Source of the DNA: the human T2T-CHM13v2.0 reference genome, Homo sapiens
NCBI RefSeq assembly: GCF_009914755.1
Contig: NC_060926.1
Reading direction: 5' to 3' (one strand)
Length of the DNA: 64,000 nucleotides
Shown piece by piece: positions 1-15,912 of this stretch (within the stretch, counting starts at the first letter, position 1; every line of letters starts with the position of its first letter). Position numbers and translations under genes: made by a program. The notes under the pieces are model-generated. The model did not search any database. It was not told the origin of the DNA and worked only from the letters and a program-made list of their open reading frames with translations.

Positions 1-2047
<2,047 letters not shown>

Positions 2048-3499
2048 TTAGTCCAAGTGTAGACACCACTATAGTTTGCATGATATGCAATGTATTTATT
2101 CTTTGACCTCCAGAACCTCAACCCATCACAGACCACAGTTTCTGGGACCCCTTATTTTCAGCACTTTGTATAGGGAATTACTTCCCAAAGTAATGGGTGA
2201 GGTTTTGACAAAAGATAAATATCCACCCTAATATCTGTTTCTCCAATGGATGCAGTAAGTTTAGTTTTCTGAATTGATTAGAAAGGATTCATTTTTTACC
2301 GAAGAATCTCTATTTCAACAGCTATTCGTCAGTAAATGCCAGAGCTTTTGTCAGAATTGGAAGCTTTCTTGATATGCTGTTGGACATAAATTCGGATCAA
2401 CTTCCTCTGGGAAATAAGAAATTAGCTACTTTATGATGTGTTGTAGTGCTATAGAATTGGTGAAATGCTTTGGAGGATATTAACTATCCTCAGGATTGAG
2501 AAACCAGTGTACCATTGGGTTGTATTATACCAGTCTATCATGTTGTCACTGAAACGAGGTTCCTGTCACCTAGCTCTAGTTGGACAATATATTTGCTTTG
2601 AGGCCTGCCTCACAGGCTCTGCTCACCACAAACTTATTCATCTACTGAGGAATAAAGCCTAATCAAATAAATCAAGCATTACCATTTTGTGTCTTCATCT
2701 CCATAATCAATGCTAATCCAAAACTTCGTGGGATTTTTTCCTATTAAATTCTGATAGTCCCTTTTGGACAAGAGAATGTTTTTTTTTTCTTACAGATTTC
2801 CCTGCAGGATACTTTCACTTGTCTGAAATTCCCATAGGTGCAGTTCCCCAAAGTGCTAGGGCCTCAGTATCTGAGATAATAGAGTAGAATGTAGAGTCCT
2901 GGAATACAACAATGTTATGGAAAGATAATTTTCAGTAAAGGGTAAAATCATGACTCTCAGATAGATATAAAAATGAATACAAATTAAAGATTTTATTGAA
3001 CTCATACTTAATGAGGAAATAAGTAGATGTTAAAACTGGGTCAAAAGAGAATCCAAAGAACAGAAAAATACATAGATTGGAAATATTAATATGACTGTGA
3101 AAATTGAAGCAAAACTGGGTTTCCTGTTAGGGACGATTACAAAGATGAAGAAATAGAAGAAAACAGACAGTAGAAAACATTTAGCATCAAAAAAGAATGA
3201 CCATCTAAGTCAGTGTCAATTGAGTCAATTGAACCTCTACTGGGCAGGATGGAATTTACATGTGTTTAGACAAGAATTATTTTGCATTGCTATCAGTTAC
3301 TCTCCATTTAGAGTTGTAGAATAGCTTCTGTAGAATCATAATCAGATAACCCAGAGAGAGATTCTGGAGTCTAGATAATACATAGCTCTCTACTGAGGCA
3401 TACGTTTTTTTCTCATGGTGGCAGTGTCCAGTGAAGACCTGGTTTAGAAGTTTTTCTGTTGCTTTTGGTGTATTAGTTTCTAACATTACAAAGAAAATC

Positions 3500-4070
3500 C
3501 CCTTTGTTTGTGTGGGAAAAAATTATGGAATATGAGGGAGATGTATTTAGATGTATGACTGGTGAGAGGGTAAGGAGACAGAGAAAGAGAACAAAAGTAA
3601 TAGGAAATCAGGAGGGACCAGCTACACTTAACAGGTTCTGGTGTTAGACTCTCAAGGTCCAGACAAAAACACCACTGTATATAAACCAGTTAAAACCCAT
3701 AGGTGAGCAAATGGTTTCAAAGCTCCTCTTCACACAACAATGCTCTGTAAATTTTCCCATGAATCCAGATGTCATGGGAAGGACAAAGGGTGAAGAAATC
3801 CTCCTAAAGCAAGAAAAACAGCCCTGTTAGGAAGATTAAAGTTTGAATTAAATAGTTTCCCAATGTGACTAAGAGAGGAAATTTATGAACTAAAAGAGGA
3901 CTAATTTCTTTGAATTACCAAGTTTAAGCTATTTCTTCTATCATCATAAGGAGTCGGGTATCAAGAGCAAAATAAGATCAGTTATAAATATTATGAGATG
4001 CCACTAAAATACATTTCAGACATGTTTACATTTTGATCTTCCCATTGTACATCCCAGAGACATAAAAGTA
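3500..4070 (+). mobile_element. Possible ancient LTR remnant (LTR78-like)
   Basis: aagtttaagctatttc...tcaagagcaaaataagatcagttata resembles a recalled LTR78-type 3' segment; very diverged. Confidence 0.3.
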
Positions 4071-4149
4071 CATCTTCCATAATTTTTTTCGTACCAGAAA
4101 ATACTGAGAAGTTGTAAACAATGGGTATTTTTTCCTCTCCAGTATGTTG

Positions 4150-5035
4150 GAGTTGGTTAGTGATTTTATTGAGACTGCACTAGAGACTAAAATATTCTAT
4201 AATTTTATATGCACCTCATCGTTACTGTTAATTTTTTGCATCATTATTTTATAGACACCATCCTAAACACATTTATTGATTTCAATATTTATTCAGTGAT
4301 TCTCAAAGGAATGTTCAAGGTAGACAGTCATATTTGCAAATAATAATGCTTTTTTGTCAATATTTGTGCTTGCTATGTCTTAAATTTCAGAACAACAGTA
4401 GATAATACTGCTGTGTTTAGGTCAATTTCTTTGTTTCTTTTTTATTCCAATGAAAAAGTCTTGGGTTTTACCTTTGACTTAACATTGAGTATCATGTTAG
4501 TTGCTTTTTTGGTATTAATATTATTTGGCACATCTTAGATATTACCTTTGACTTACCTAAAGCTGTAAAAAGTCAAAAGGGAATGCTGAGTTTTTCTTCT
4601 TGACTTATAAAAGCAATGAATTATATTGATAATGTTTATGATATTGAACCATTCGTACTTCTGAAACAAAACTGCTTTGGTCACAGTGTATTGTACTTTA
4701 ACAGAGTGCTGTACTCTATTTGCTATTTTGATTTTGATTTCTTTGCCATTATGTTTTATAGCATTGAGGTCAGTAAATATAAACTGTACAACTTCTATAC
4801 TTTAAAATGTACTGAAGTTTGCTTTATGGCTGAGTTTGTGAACTATTTGTGTAAATATTTCATTGACATTTGAATAGAGTATAAGTGTGATATGTAGAGG
4901 GTATATAATTTAATGTAGATATGCCTATTAAATTTAATTCAAAGTGTTACTATTCTAGGCATCTAATTTTTTTTATTTCTCTTAATTTGTCAAAAGCCAA
5001 GAGTTGTAGGTCACAGTTTTCTCATATGATGATGG
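4150..5035 (-). mobile_element. Old L1M ORF2 remnant
   Basis: Antisense L1-like motifs such as tagacagtcatatttgcaaataataat and aaatatttcattgacatttgaatagag. Confidence 0.55.
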
Positions 5036-5679
5036 TGATATAAGAGTGAAGAAGAAATTATCTAGGCCGACAGTGAGGGTAAGGAAGTCCTTGGTAAGGT
5101 TTTCCTTTTAATGAAAAGCAGCCTCCCAGTCATTTTCTTTTCAACGAAGAGTAGCCTGTAAAACTGAGCTGCAGACTTAGACAAGCAAGCTGGTAGCTTG
5201 CAAAGGTGAATGGTGGCAGTTGTGCCAACAGGAAAAGGCTACCTGGGACTAGGCATATTCAAAACAGTAGCTCTATGTTCCCTTCTCTTTGCCAGCCACG
5301 TGTACAGTAAGGAGCAGACAACATCGCTGGCTGCCAAGTGGAAAGTCCATTTGCATAACAAGATTAGGGTGGGGCGGCCAGCCTTCCCTATGTGCTCTGT
5401 AAATGTCACACCAGGTCCAACCAATCTGTGGGCCCTAGTAAATCAGACACTGCCTCCTCAAGCCTGTCTATAAAATCCGGTGCACTTCCCCATGGGCCAG
5501 ATTTCTCTTTCAGGTGCCCCTCTCTTTCACAAGAGAGAGAGAGCTATTCTCCTTTCTTTTTCTTTTGCCTATTAAACCTCCACTCCTAAACTCATTTCTT
5601 ATGTGTGTTCATGTCCTTAATCTGCTTGGTGCGAGACAGCGAGCTCCGTGTATTTACCCCAGGCAATGATGCCACTTCA
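5036..5679 (+). mobile_element. Solo ERV1 LTR, MER51-like (MER4 group)
   Basis: TG...CA termini, perfect 4-bp TSD atgg (5032-5035 / 5680-5683), internal CCAAT, TATAAAA and ATTAAA. Confidence 0.85.
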
Positions 5680-6019
5680 ATGGTTTTTTCAGTTTCCTTT
5701 TGACTACTCAGACATTTACTAAACTTCTGCTGTACCTCTAGGCTTTTCTTTCCACTTTAGCATGCTGTTTATATTTATGTCTGGCTGTCTGATATTTTTC
5801 TTTCCCTTAGTGTACCTAGGACATTGCTGTACTCACATTACTCAATAGATACTCATTGGTTGATTTTGTTATTTTCCCCAAGAAATATTCTAGAGAGCAA
5901 TCTGCTGAACTGATTTCAAGTTTAATATTTCATCCATTCCAGGATTATTCATATAAGTTATGCCTCACTCTATTGTCATTATAATTTACCTATTTCAATA
6001 AGACATCTCTTATTCAAAC

Positions 6020-6429
6020 TGTCAAAACCAAAATTAGATCGAATGGGAAGAAATTTAAAAGTGTATCATGCATACAAAGGAACATTTCACCAACCACAAG
6101 GACTTACCAAAAGTGGTAAGCCCCACTCACAGCAGTTACAGCACAATTTTTTGAAGCATAAAGGAGGAAGTATTTTGACTTTTCTTGTGATTGACTATTA
6201 TATATTAATATTCTTTGTAAGGCAAGCAAAGCTGTTTAATCTGATTTGTCTATAGCTGATTAGTTTAATTTCATTGAATCATGCTAACAAGGATGTAAAG
6301 CTGACAGTTTTTGTTTCTTTTATGATTACAGCTAGTGTTTCAGGGAACTCAAGATAACTTTTGACTACATGGCTATGTGCTGTTGGTCTTGGAATATATC
6401 TATAGGGGGACCTCAGTTTTTATTTAATA
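6020..6429 (-). mobile_element. Probable old ERV1-type solo LTR (family uncertain)
   Basis: Begins tgtcaaaac and ends tttatttaata (degenerate TG..CA on the minus strand); about 410 bp with LTR-like layout. Confidence 0.35.
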
Positions 6430-8452
6430 CCACCAACACAAATCCTTAGTTACTGATTAATTAATAGACTGAAGAAAATTTTTCAGTATGGTGGTTCCTA
6501 ATAAATTACTTTTGTATTTGCAGTTGGATTCTGCACAAAAATTGCTGTGGCAAGAATTTCTCTAGGTTCTCTGAAAAGCAAAGCAAACCAATAATGCTCA
6601 GAATTTATCATCCACTTTATTCCTTTCGCTAACATTTGTCCTTCCTTCAGCATCAGTATTCTTTCCAAGAAATTGTATTTTGCAAAACCTAGTATGAATG
6701 GTAAATTCTTGAGTGGAGCTACTGTTAAAAATAATTTCCCGTTAACTGTTAATAAGTATTAGCAGTGGCTCAATGCTGTAGTGACCTAATTTAAACAGAA
6801 TCAAAGCGAGCTGTGCTAAAGGGCATGAGACAGTGGAATCTTTTCCCACTTCCTCTTTCTTGTGTCTTAATCAGGAATTAGCATGAAGAGAGTTGTCCTT
6901 TGTCTGAGGCTGGGTAGCTTTGTGTGCATTATGAATCTCCTAGTTTCACCAGTCAAAAGCTTTTATTTGATAGTGTCTGTTTTCTCACATTCTATATTTG
7001 TCTTTATCACCAAGAGAAAGTCTTCATGATTAATGTTTTGCTTGTGGCTGGTTACAACTACCATGAGAGATAATGGGAAGGAAAAGAATGCTAGTTTATC
7101 TGTTATATAAAAATCCGTGTAACTCGTAGGTTTTTGTATATATTGCTGGTCAGTGGAAGAAAAATAAAAAGACTCAAACTACTATATGGCTGAAGAAATA
7201 GTAAATTGCCTGAATGCTGGTGGTGTAGAACATAGGGTGTGTTTTTAAGGCCCTCCCAAGTCTTGAGATAGAAGGGAAAATAATGGGAAGAAATTGGAGA
7301 ATATACGGTTACATTAGGTAGGGTTGTTTTAGGAATTGCCTCAAATCAGGGCTAAGTGCTTCTTCCAGATGAGACTGTATTTTGATTATCTAATCAAAAT
7401 CAAAATTTTAGAACCCAAGAGAACTGGTAGTGGTCAGAGGTTATCATATGCCTTTTTATTCTCTAGTAAATGCAATTCTCAAATGATGTGTGGATATTAC
7501 TGACATTACTTTCAGACCTGCGGGTGGAGAGCTTTGATTCTGTTAAAGGGTCCTGTGTTCTAACTGCAGTTTGTTTCTTGGTAATTGGGAGTGAAAAAGA
7601 ATAGAGCTGCCATGAGCTGTGGGGCTCTGAACCACAGGGCCTGACAGGGCAGACAGTGGGATGGTGCTCAAATCTATCTCCTTCTTTTCAGGGCTTAACC
7701 TCATTATAATTGGAGGGTGAGGTTCTTGCCAGGCAGTCTTGCTAAATCTTAAAGCAACAAATTTCTCTCTCCATAGGCTAGAGAGATATACATTTCACAG
7801 GTGTAGGTAGCAGAATCCCTAAATGAGAGTGTGAGTTTTATTTATGTTCTTCATTCTTATACAAACAGGGAGCTATCTTTATAAGAAAGGGTGCAGCTAC
7901 ATATGACATATCACACTTGGGAACAAGGGTCACAAATGTAGTAATAGTCCTTTGATATCAAGAGACGGCAAATCCAACATGGCTGACACCAACAGCAATT
8001 CATAGCTGTAGGGAGAATTTTCCTGAAAATTCTCTAAACTGGATCTCATATAGAAATTCCATATGAATATCAGCTTTTTAAGTGAGAAATCAAGGCAAGA
8101 AACACTCTGCTTCTATAAGTCGAGGAGGAATTATGAAGTTAGTAAAATCTACATTCTGTTAATTAGATAAGCTTCTGAGTTTTGTATATTATTCTGGGAG
8201 TCTAAAGGACCATGATTAAAAAAGGTTGAGCAGTTAAATATACAACTAGATTGGATAGTACATTTAAAACTCATGGTTTTGATATGCATAGATTATATGT
8301 AGCAACACAATAAAGAATGTCACTACAAAATGATGAATAAAAATATTTTAAAAAAGAAAAGTATGATACAGAATTGATAAACCTTATTAGGTGCCAAGAA
8401 GGCCAAAATTTTGGAGGAAAAAAATAAAAATAAAATTTCACATACTAGCTAA

Positions 8453-9016
8453 TGTCAATTGAGAAAAAACGACAAGTCTCAGTCATTTTAGGTTTATTTG
8501 CCAAAGTTAAGGATGCGCACCTGGGAGACAGGCCTATGCCTTCCTCCGAAGATGATTTTGAGGGCTCCAAATTTAAAGGGGAAAGGGTTGGATATTGAGA
8601 AGTACACAATTTTCATGTAAGAGGAGGGTGGGAAAAAATAGTCATTCATGCCTTTGGCTCAGTGAATCTGCATTTTTTTTTAATATATATAAGATGACAT
8701 AGAAAATGGAACCGGGGAACAATCAGATACGCATTTGTGTCAGGTGGGCAGGGGGGTGACTGCACCTGTACAGATAAGATATCAATTTACATTGCCATGG
8801 TGAAATTTCAACAGAAGCACTTTAGGGTAAAGATCTTGGAGCTCACTAGGAATTTCCTTGTGGACAAAATATGGAGGAGGCATGTAGCTTTTCATCTTGT
8901 AGCCATCTTATTTAGGAACAAAAAGGGGGAGGCAGGTTTCTGTGACCCAGTTATCAGCTTAACTTTTCCCTTTGGCTTAATGAGTTTGGGGTCCCAAGAT
9001 TTATTTCCCTTTCACA
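8453..9016 (-). mobile_element. Solo ERV1 LTR, MER4A-like
   Basis: Minus strand starts TGTGAAAGGGAAATAAATCTTGGGACCCCAAACTCA and ends AATTGACA; 4-bp TSD ctaa/ctga. Confidence 0.9.
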
Positions 9017-9076
9017 CTGATTACCTAAAGCTAGCTGTGCTTTGTATTAATTATTATTATTATTTTTGCTTAAGAA

Positions 9077-9415
9077 GAGTTGTTCCTCAGTATCCACTAA
9101 GAATTGGTTCCAGGATCCCCTGAATATCAAAATCCATGGATGCTCAAGCTCGTGGTATAAAATGGTGTAGTGTCTGCATCTAAACTATGCACATCCTCCT
9201 GTATACTTTAAGTCATTTCTAGGTTGCTTACAATACCCAATACAATGTAAAGGAATGTAAATAGTTGTTATACTCTGTTGTTTAGAAAATAACAACAAGA
9301 AAAACAAGTCTGTACGTGTTCAGTACAGACACAACCATCTGTTGCTCAAAGTATTTTCAATTCATTGTTGGTTGAATTCGTGGATGCAGAACTCATGGAT
9401 ACAAAGGGCTGAATG
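9077..9415 (+). mobile_element. MER2 (TcMar-Tigger MITE)
   Basis: Matches recalled MER2 throughout (ttggttccaggatcccc...atccatggatgctcaag); degenerate terminal inverted repeats. Confidence 0.9.
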
Positions 9416-9440
9416 TATATTTATTATTATTTAAGGTTTT

Positions 9441-10203
9441 TTTACATATATATTGTTTCTTTTTATTATACTTTAAGTTTTAGGGTACATGTGCACAACT
9501 TGCAGTTTTGTTACATATATATACATGTGCCATGTTGGTGTGCTGCACCCATTAACTCATCATTTAACATTAGGTATATCTCCTAATGCTATCCCTCCCC
9601 GCTCCCCCCACTCCACAACAGGCCCCGGTGTGTGATTTTCCCCTTCCTGTGTCCGTGTGTTGTCATTGTTCAATTCCCACCTATGAGTGAGAACATGCAG
9701 TGTTTGGTTTTTTGTCCTTGCAATGGTTTGCTGAGAATGATGGTTTCCAGCTTCCTCCATGTCCCTACAAAGGACATGAACTCATCATTTTTTATGGCTG
9801 CATAGTATTCCATGGTGTATGTGTGCCACATTTTCTTAATCCAGTCTGTCACTGTTGGACATTTGGGTTGGTTCCAAGTCTTTGCTATTGTGAATAGTGC
9901 CGCAATAAACATACGTGTGCATGCGTCTTTATAGCAGCATGATTTATAATCCTTTGGGTATATACTCAGTAATGGGATGGCTGGGTCAAATGGTATTTCT
10001 AGTTCTAGATCCCTGAGGAATCACCACACTGACTTCCACAATGGTTGAACTAGTTTCCAGTCCCACCATCAGTGTAAAAGTGTTCCTATTTCTCCACATC
10101 CTCTCCAGCACCTGTTGTTTCCTGACTTTTTAATGATTGCCATTCTAACTGGTGTGAGATGATATCTCATTGTGGTTTTGATTTGCATTTCTCTGATGGC
10201 CAG
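9441..10203 (-). mobile_element. 5'-truncated L1PA4-like element
   Basis: Antisense L1 3'UTR with the gttaaatg..caccaacatgg variant. TSD taaggtttt (9432-9440 / 10204-10212) at a TTTT/AA endonuclease site. Confidence 0.93.
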
Positions 10204-11074
10204 TAAGGTTTTAAAAATTATTGTTCAAAATTTGAGTAGTGCAAAAGCAATGTCAAATAGATGATTGATTAACCTCCTAATCCTTCAGTCAAGGGGCAAT
10301 TATGATTAACATTTGATATGCTTTCTTCCAGTATACTTGCCTATGTAATATGTAATTCTAAATGTAGGTGAGTTTGTCTCTCATAAAATAATAACATGGG
10401 CATTGTCCTTGTTATGCTTTACCCTTTGTAAAATTTATTTTGCATTTTCTGTACCAACACTGGGTCTTTTGAACAAATAATGTTCTCAAAAAGCACCATA
10501 ACCCAATTTAGAGTAAAGACTCAGTAGTTTGATGTAAAATAGGCACCCAATAAATGTGAATCCCATGCATCCGCAGGTCTATATCTCTCAGCAGAGTGCC
10601 AAGCATGAGAAAGATAGTCAATAAATAGTTGTTAGATTTAAAGTGGATCAGGGTGGGAGAGGCCTGGCTTTTTCGAATAGTATAAGATTAATGACACACC
10701 TTTAAAGAATGACAAATGGCCTGCTCAGCTGTTAAATCTGGTGTGATTCTCTTAAAACAGTCGTGTCTGGTATTTATGCCTTTGTATCTGGCTAAATGTA
10801 TCAGAGCAGGATTTTATGTTTTAGAAAACATGATTTGACTGGTAGTATTTCTAAGCTCTGTTACAATGGGTGATTTCTCCGGGACTACCAACTCATCTTT
10901 AAAACCCAATTTGTGTTACTCATAGGTAGTACAATACTAGCCCATTGTGTTCAGCTCATATAATGTTTGTTATAGTGATTCTTTCTTGAAAAAATTCTCC
11001 TTTGCTGCTAGGGTGCACAATCCTGGAGAGGAAAGATTCCTCTAGGGGACCAAAGGAGCTTTCATTTCACCTAG

Positions 11075-11200
11075 AGGGTTTAATAACAAGCAAATTCTAG
11101 GGCCCATTCCCAAAGGTTCTGAGTCAGTCATTCTTGGGTGGGAACTAGCATTTTCCAGTGTCTCAGTAGAGGATGGTGATGTGTGGTTTTGGGGACATGT
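11075..11200. mobile_element. MER5A fragment (hAT-Charlie)
   Basis: gggcccattcccaaaggttctgagtcagt..gggtggg resembles the MER5A core. Confidence 0.45.
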
Positions 11201-12443
11201 TTTTATTTTTATTCATGCTATATTTACTATGTTGAATAAGAATATCTCTGATTGTAGAAAGCTAGTGAGGAATGACAGGCAAGAGGTTTTCCTAAGGAAT
11301 TTTCACTGAAGCAAATCAATCAATCAAATAATTAAATCAATCTCTCTCTTTCCCCACTCCCTTTCTTCCCTTGCAGCTTGGCCTGTAGTTTACCTTTTTC
11401 ATATATATGAATATAAAATGACTTCAGCTGCAGCCTCATATTTAGAACCCTCTACAGAAGAAGTCTAATCATGTGTCTACTCATATGCATTTTCTTGTTA
11501 ACTGAAATAGCCCATGGAGCAGTGGTTTTTAGAGGGGCTGTGAAGCATCCCTTCAGGCCATGTCATAATGAGAAAAGATCAGGGCAAGGGGATGGGGTCC
11601 ATGAATCATGTCACCATCGCTTTAAACAGAACAATGTTATATATCCGCCTTCTCAGTAAGCCATCATTTGAATCTCAGTTCCCATGATCCTACATATGTT
11701 TGAAAACCACTATTCTGTATGTTGCAAACAATTCTCATGAAGTTTCTTTTTTCCATTTAAAAAGTAATACTTTAATATCTTTTCACTACAAAATATTGAT
11801 ATATTTCTGCAGTGGATTAAAGAAAGTGCCTATTTTATTTTTATTTTAGGGTGACTCTGTAATGTAGCTTCCAAGTAAGAACATTTTTGGGAGTGAATGG
11901 GTGGCTGCTAGTAATTAAGCTGGCATAAACTGACTCTCCTCTGGGACCTGGACCTGTATGGTCCTATACTTTCTTTCCCAAACTTGTTCTTTTCTTCTTC
12001 TCCTCTTCTTCATTTAGAGGTCACCACCAATTATACCTTGCCATGTGTTCTTTCATAGTTAGGATGTGATAAAGTTTATTTTATCACTTTTCCTTACATT
12101 TTACATTTTTTCTCTGTTTTTAATTATTACAAACAGTGCTGCAGTGGCAATACACAAAACTCTTAGGGAATATGTGTGTGGAGCTGCTGGTTGCATTTTC
12201 TATTTTAATCATTTATGTTCAAAGCTTTCTAAAATATATGATCATCGTAAACAGAGCCTATTGAATATTTGAACTTTACTTGATGACCTGATATCATGAT
12301 TATGGATATTGATTTTTGCACTGCAGGCAAATAGATAAACAGTCAGGCTGTCAGGGACTATTTACAATTACCCTAAGTGGCCCCTTTGAGTTATTGCGCT
12401 TGTTTATATTATTAATAAAATCATGTAATTAAAAATCTGTTCA

Positions 12444-12580
12444 GGACCTAAGAAATTATCAAATGCAATTTCTTTCCTTTACAGATTAAAATGCTGAGGT
12501 CTACAAAACTAAATTCATTTATATAAGGAGACCTCACAGATCTGTGACTCTAACCAAGGTCTCCTGGGTCCCAGGCTAGT
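12444..12580 (-). mobile_element. MIR remnant
   Basis: tttacagattaaaatgctgagg core in antisense. Confidence 0.45.
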
Positions 12581-12699
12581 TTTGTGTTTGTCTTCTCTTT
12601 ACTAGCAAAGCTCTCAGCTGTCTCAGTCCTGCGCCTCTCAACACCTCCCCCTTGACTAACAAGATTACTTTTTTATTAGCTGTTTCTTCTGTGTGTGAT

Positions 12700-13285
12700 A
12701 ATGCCACTGTTAACAAAATTTTGGTTCCAAATGACAAAGATCTGCACAAAATGGGGTGAAACAAAAAAATGGATTCATTCATACAATGGAAATGTCCAAC
12801 AGAGGATTAGATTTAGGGATTCACAGGTTGCAGGGTCTCCAGGTGTGCTCTCTGAGTCTTCAGACCCTGCCTGTCTCCTCTCAAGGTTGTCTTCAAGATG
12901 ACTAATGGAAGCAACATAATAGAAGTTGTTGCTCTTGTTCTCTCTCCAAACTGTCTAGGGGATCCAATTTCTCATGATGGCTTTTGTAAGAACCAGGGGG
13001 AAATTTCTCCTAAAGGCCCCAGTCAAGAGTATGCTGTGGCATCATTAATGGAAATGGTCATTCATGCCCTCCTAAAATAATCATTATGGCCAGAGAAAAG
13101 AGATAATAATCTGGTTGGCTTTATTTAGTTAGGATTCTCTTTGGGGCTGGAATTGCGGTGAATCTCATTGAAGCCATATGGCTGAGAATATGGAACAGGA
13201 GTTTCCCAAAAGACAATTTGGATGCCCTTATTAGAGAAATTAGCTATGAGTGGTGAGGAGAGAACTGACAGATGGGCACGCTATC
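12700..13285 (-). mobile_element. Old MaLR LTR remnant (MLT1K/L-like)
   Basis: Diverged motifs aatcattatggccagag and tttcccaaaagacaatttggatgc. Confidence 0.35.
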
Positions 13286-13849
13286 TGAGAGTTCACAAAC
13301 ATTTACTAGAACTGAGACAGAAAAAAGAACTACTAGGCACTGAGTGAAGGTATTATTGTTTCTTTTATGATTAAATTTAGTGTTAGTATTTTACATGACC
13401 CACTGTACTTTTTAGATAACTTTTAAAAAGCTTTTTGATGTCATTATTCTAGACACTTGAGTTTTATGAGTAAATGATAATTGACAGTAGAGTTCCCCAA
13501 ACAATTTGAAGGCATAGAGTAGCAGCTTGCCCTTGAGTAAAAGGTGACATAATGGCGAACAAGACTGATGGGAATTGTGTATAAGCTTTAGCGACTTTCT
13601 TAATGCTGTAGAATTTTAGGCCATTGAGTTAATTTGGGCAATAATTTTTTTTTGTATAGAGGTTTCTGGGCTCCTGTGGGCCACTGGGCTCTCTGCTACT
13701 TTGTTTGATTTAGTTCCATTCAACCTCTATTTGGGGTTTATATGACTTTGCTATCTAAAAGCTAAAAAATTCAGAATGCCAGAATGGACACTGAGAAGAA
13801 GCAGTTCAGAGAGGAAACCAATTAACACTCTTTTTGGTCTTGGTAAAGA

Positions 13850-14220
13850 CTGGGAGATAGTCTTTCAGTTGTTTTTCCATAGTGGGAAATTAGATGTGAC
13901 CATACGACTTGCTTTGGCCAATGAGATATGCATAAAATGATGTGTGCTCTTTCCAAGGGGAGATTTAGGAGGCAGAGTATGATCCAACACATTCTCTTTT
14001 ACTGCCTTGGTATTTTTGGGAGGCATTCAAATAGCCCAGTGACCTCTGTGAGATGAGTTCCCTGGTGATCTGGGATGGACATTTGGCATGAACAAAAGAT
14101 AAGCTTGTTATTGTAAACCAGGGGTCTGAAAGCAATGAAAAGGTTTTACTGAACCCTGTTTTAAACCTCCCAGATATGGGGTCATTTTTTGCTAGTGCAT
14201 AATTCACTCTGACTGATACA
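13850..14220 (+). mobile_element. MaLR LTR, MLT1I-like
   Basis: gacttgctttggccaatgagatatg core; ends ctgactgataca. Confidence 0.7.
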
Positions 14221-15074
14221 AAATTAAAACAGTATTTTCTCTGAAAGTGTTAAGAAAGATGTAAAATAACAAAAAAGAAAACTCAAAGTAACTTCTTTTG
14301 TTACTTCTAGTAGGAGGCAACCTATGAGTGCTTAATAGTTTTAAACCTTGTTAGTTATGTGATTAGTATTGCCTTGGGCAGAGGCCATGGGTGTCTGAGA
14401 AATGGATTTTCAGAGTGTATGTGTAAAATAGCATCTTACCCTTCTTTCTTGAGCAATCTAGCATTCTTAAAATACACTTTAAAAAAGACATTTGTTTTTT
14501 CTCTCTTTTTTCATCTTTAATGCATACATGATTCTAAAGATTATGACTAAAGTCACATGTTTCTTTCCTTCACTACTTTTCTAACTTTTCCAATAGCCTT
14601 TAAGTTGTGATAAATATAAGGAAAACACCAAAAGTGCCAATTGCATTGCCTTTTCCAAAAAAGATGTGACTTTTAAATTAAAACCAATAAAGCCCTGGCA
14701 TCTCTTACTCACACTTTTGGGTGACAAAATAAGATTGATAAAGAGAAAAGAGATAGACATTTAAGATTTTGGCTTAGTGCTCCAAGCCATGTGCTTGAGG
14801 TTATTCACTTATTTTCTCATTCACTTCTTTAGGGATTTAAAAATCATTTTTATGATTTTTAAAGTTTGAGCTGATTTAGACTTAATGATCTATTATTAGT
14901 TTAAGATTCTTATGTGAGCTAAGATATAGACACATGATTTGACCTAACTTATTTAAGTAGGTAATGAGGGAACCAAATGCTAAGCCCGTAAATCCTTTCT
15001 ACTAAATCATGAGGTATCAATGCAGCCTTGCTATAGTGTTTTAAATGCCACAACCACAAAAAAGAATGTAAGTG

Positions 15075-15545
15075 CCACATAATCTGACTACCTACCTTGC
15101 CATCCCCTTTCCCTATCCTCATGTATTATTGTACCACTTGCTTATTTTGATCCAGCCACACTGGCTGTCTTTTTTCTTGCTCCCACCATGAGTTTTTATA
15201 CTTGCTCTGTCCTCTGCCTGGAACACTCTTTCCCCCGATATTTGTACAGCTTACTTCCTTACCTCCTTCAAAAGAGCTTGACTTGATCTCTTGCATTTAA
15301 AATATAAAGATGCCTCCTCCATGCAGTCCAAATATCCCTTACCTGTGCTGTTTTTTCACATAGCATTTGCCAGTTACAAACATGCTTATTATGTTTATTA
15401 TTTATTATCTCTCTCCCTTGTAGATTGTAACCTTCATGAGATTAGAACCTTTTTTTGTCTGTTTTGTTCATTGATGCATCCAACATGCCTACAACAGTCC
15501 TGGCACATTGTAGGGATTGAAAACTATGTGTTAATTGAATGAATG
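15075..15545 (+). mobile_element. LINE-2 3' end (L2a)
   Basis: tccagccacactggc, cctctgcctggaacactctt, cctggcacat and a terminal gaatgaatg. Confidence 0.85.
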
Positions 15546-15729
15546 TACCAGGAGATGAAATAAAATAAATCGGTATGTGATTAAGAAAGAAGGTACATAT
15601 TCAATTCAAAAATTTAGTAGGGGCATAATTATGTGTTTACTAGTTTACTGGTTTTTTGAATTATTTTCCATATAGAAGTAAAGAACTAATATTTCTTAAA
15701 TGCTCAGGTTACAGGATGAACCTAAAATC

Positions 15730-15912
15730 TTTGCATACAATATCTGTTTTAATTTCACATATGCAGCAACCATAGTAACTCTGAGGTAGGATTATTATTC
15801 CCATAGATAAGAAACCCCAATTGGAGATATGGTAATGTATTCAAAGTACTACAGCTATGAGATGTGGGTCTGAATTCACATCAGTTGGCTCCATAGTCCT
15901 TACTCTTTCTAC
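15730..15912 (-). mobile_element. MIR
   Basis: ctgaggtaggattattattcccat..agataagaaac core in antisense. Confidence 0.6.

Noticed and set aside
11850-11874. Possible 25-nt microexon (ttttag| ... caa|gtaaga); also an isolated strong acceptor near 2795
   Set aside because: Not frame-preserving and no partner exons; expected by chance in AT-rich DNA.
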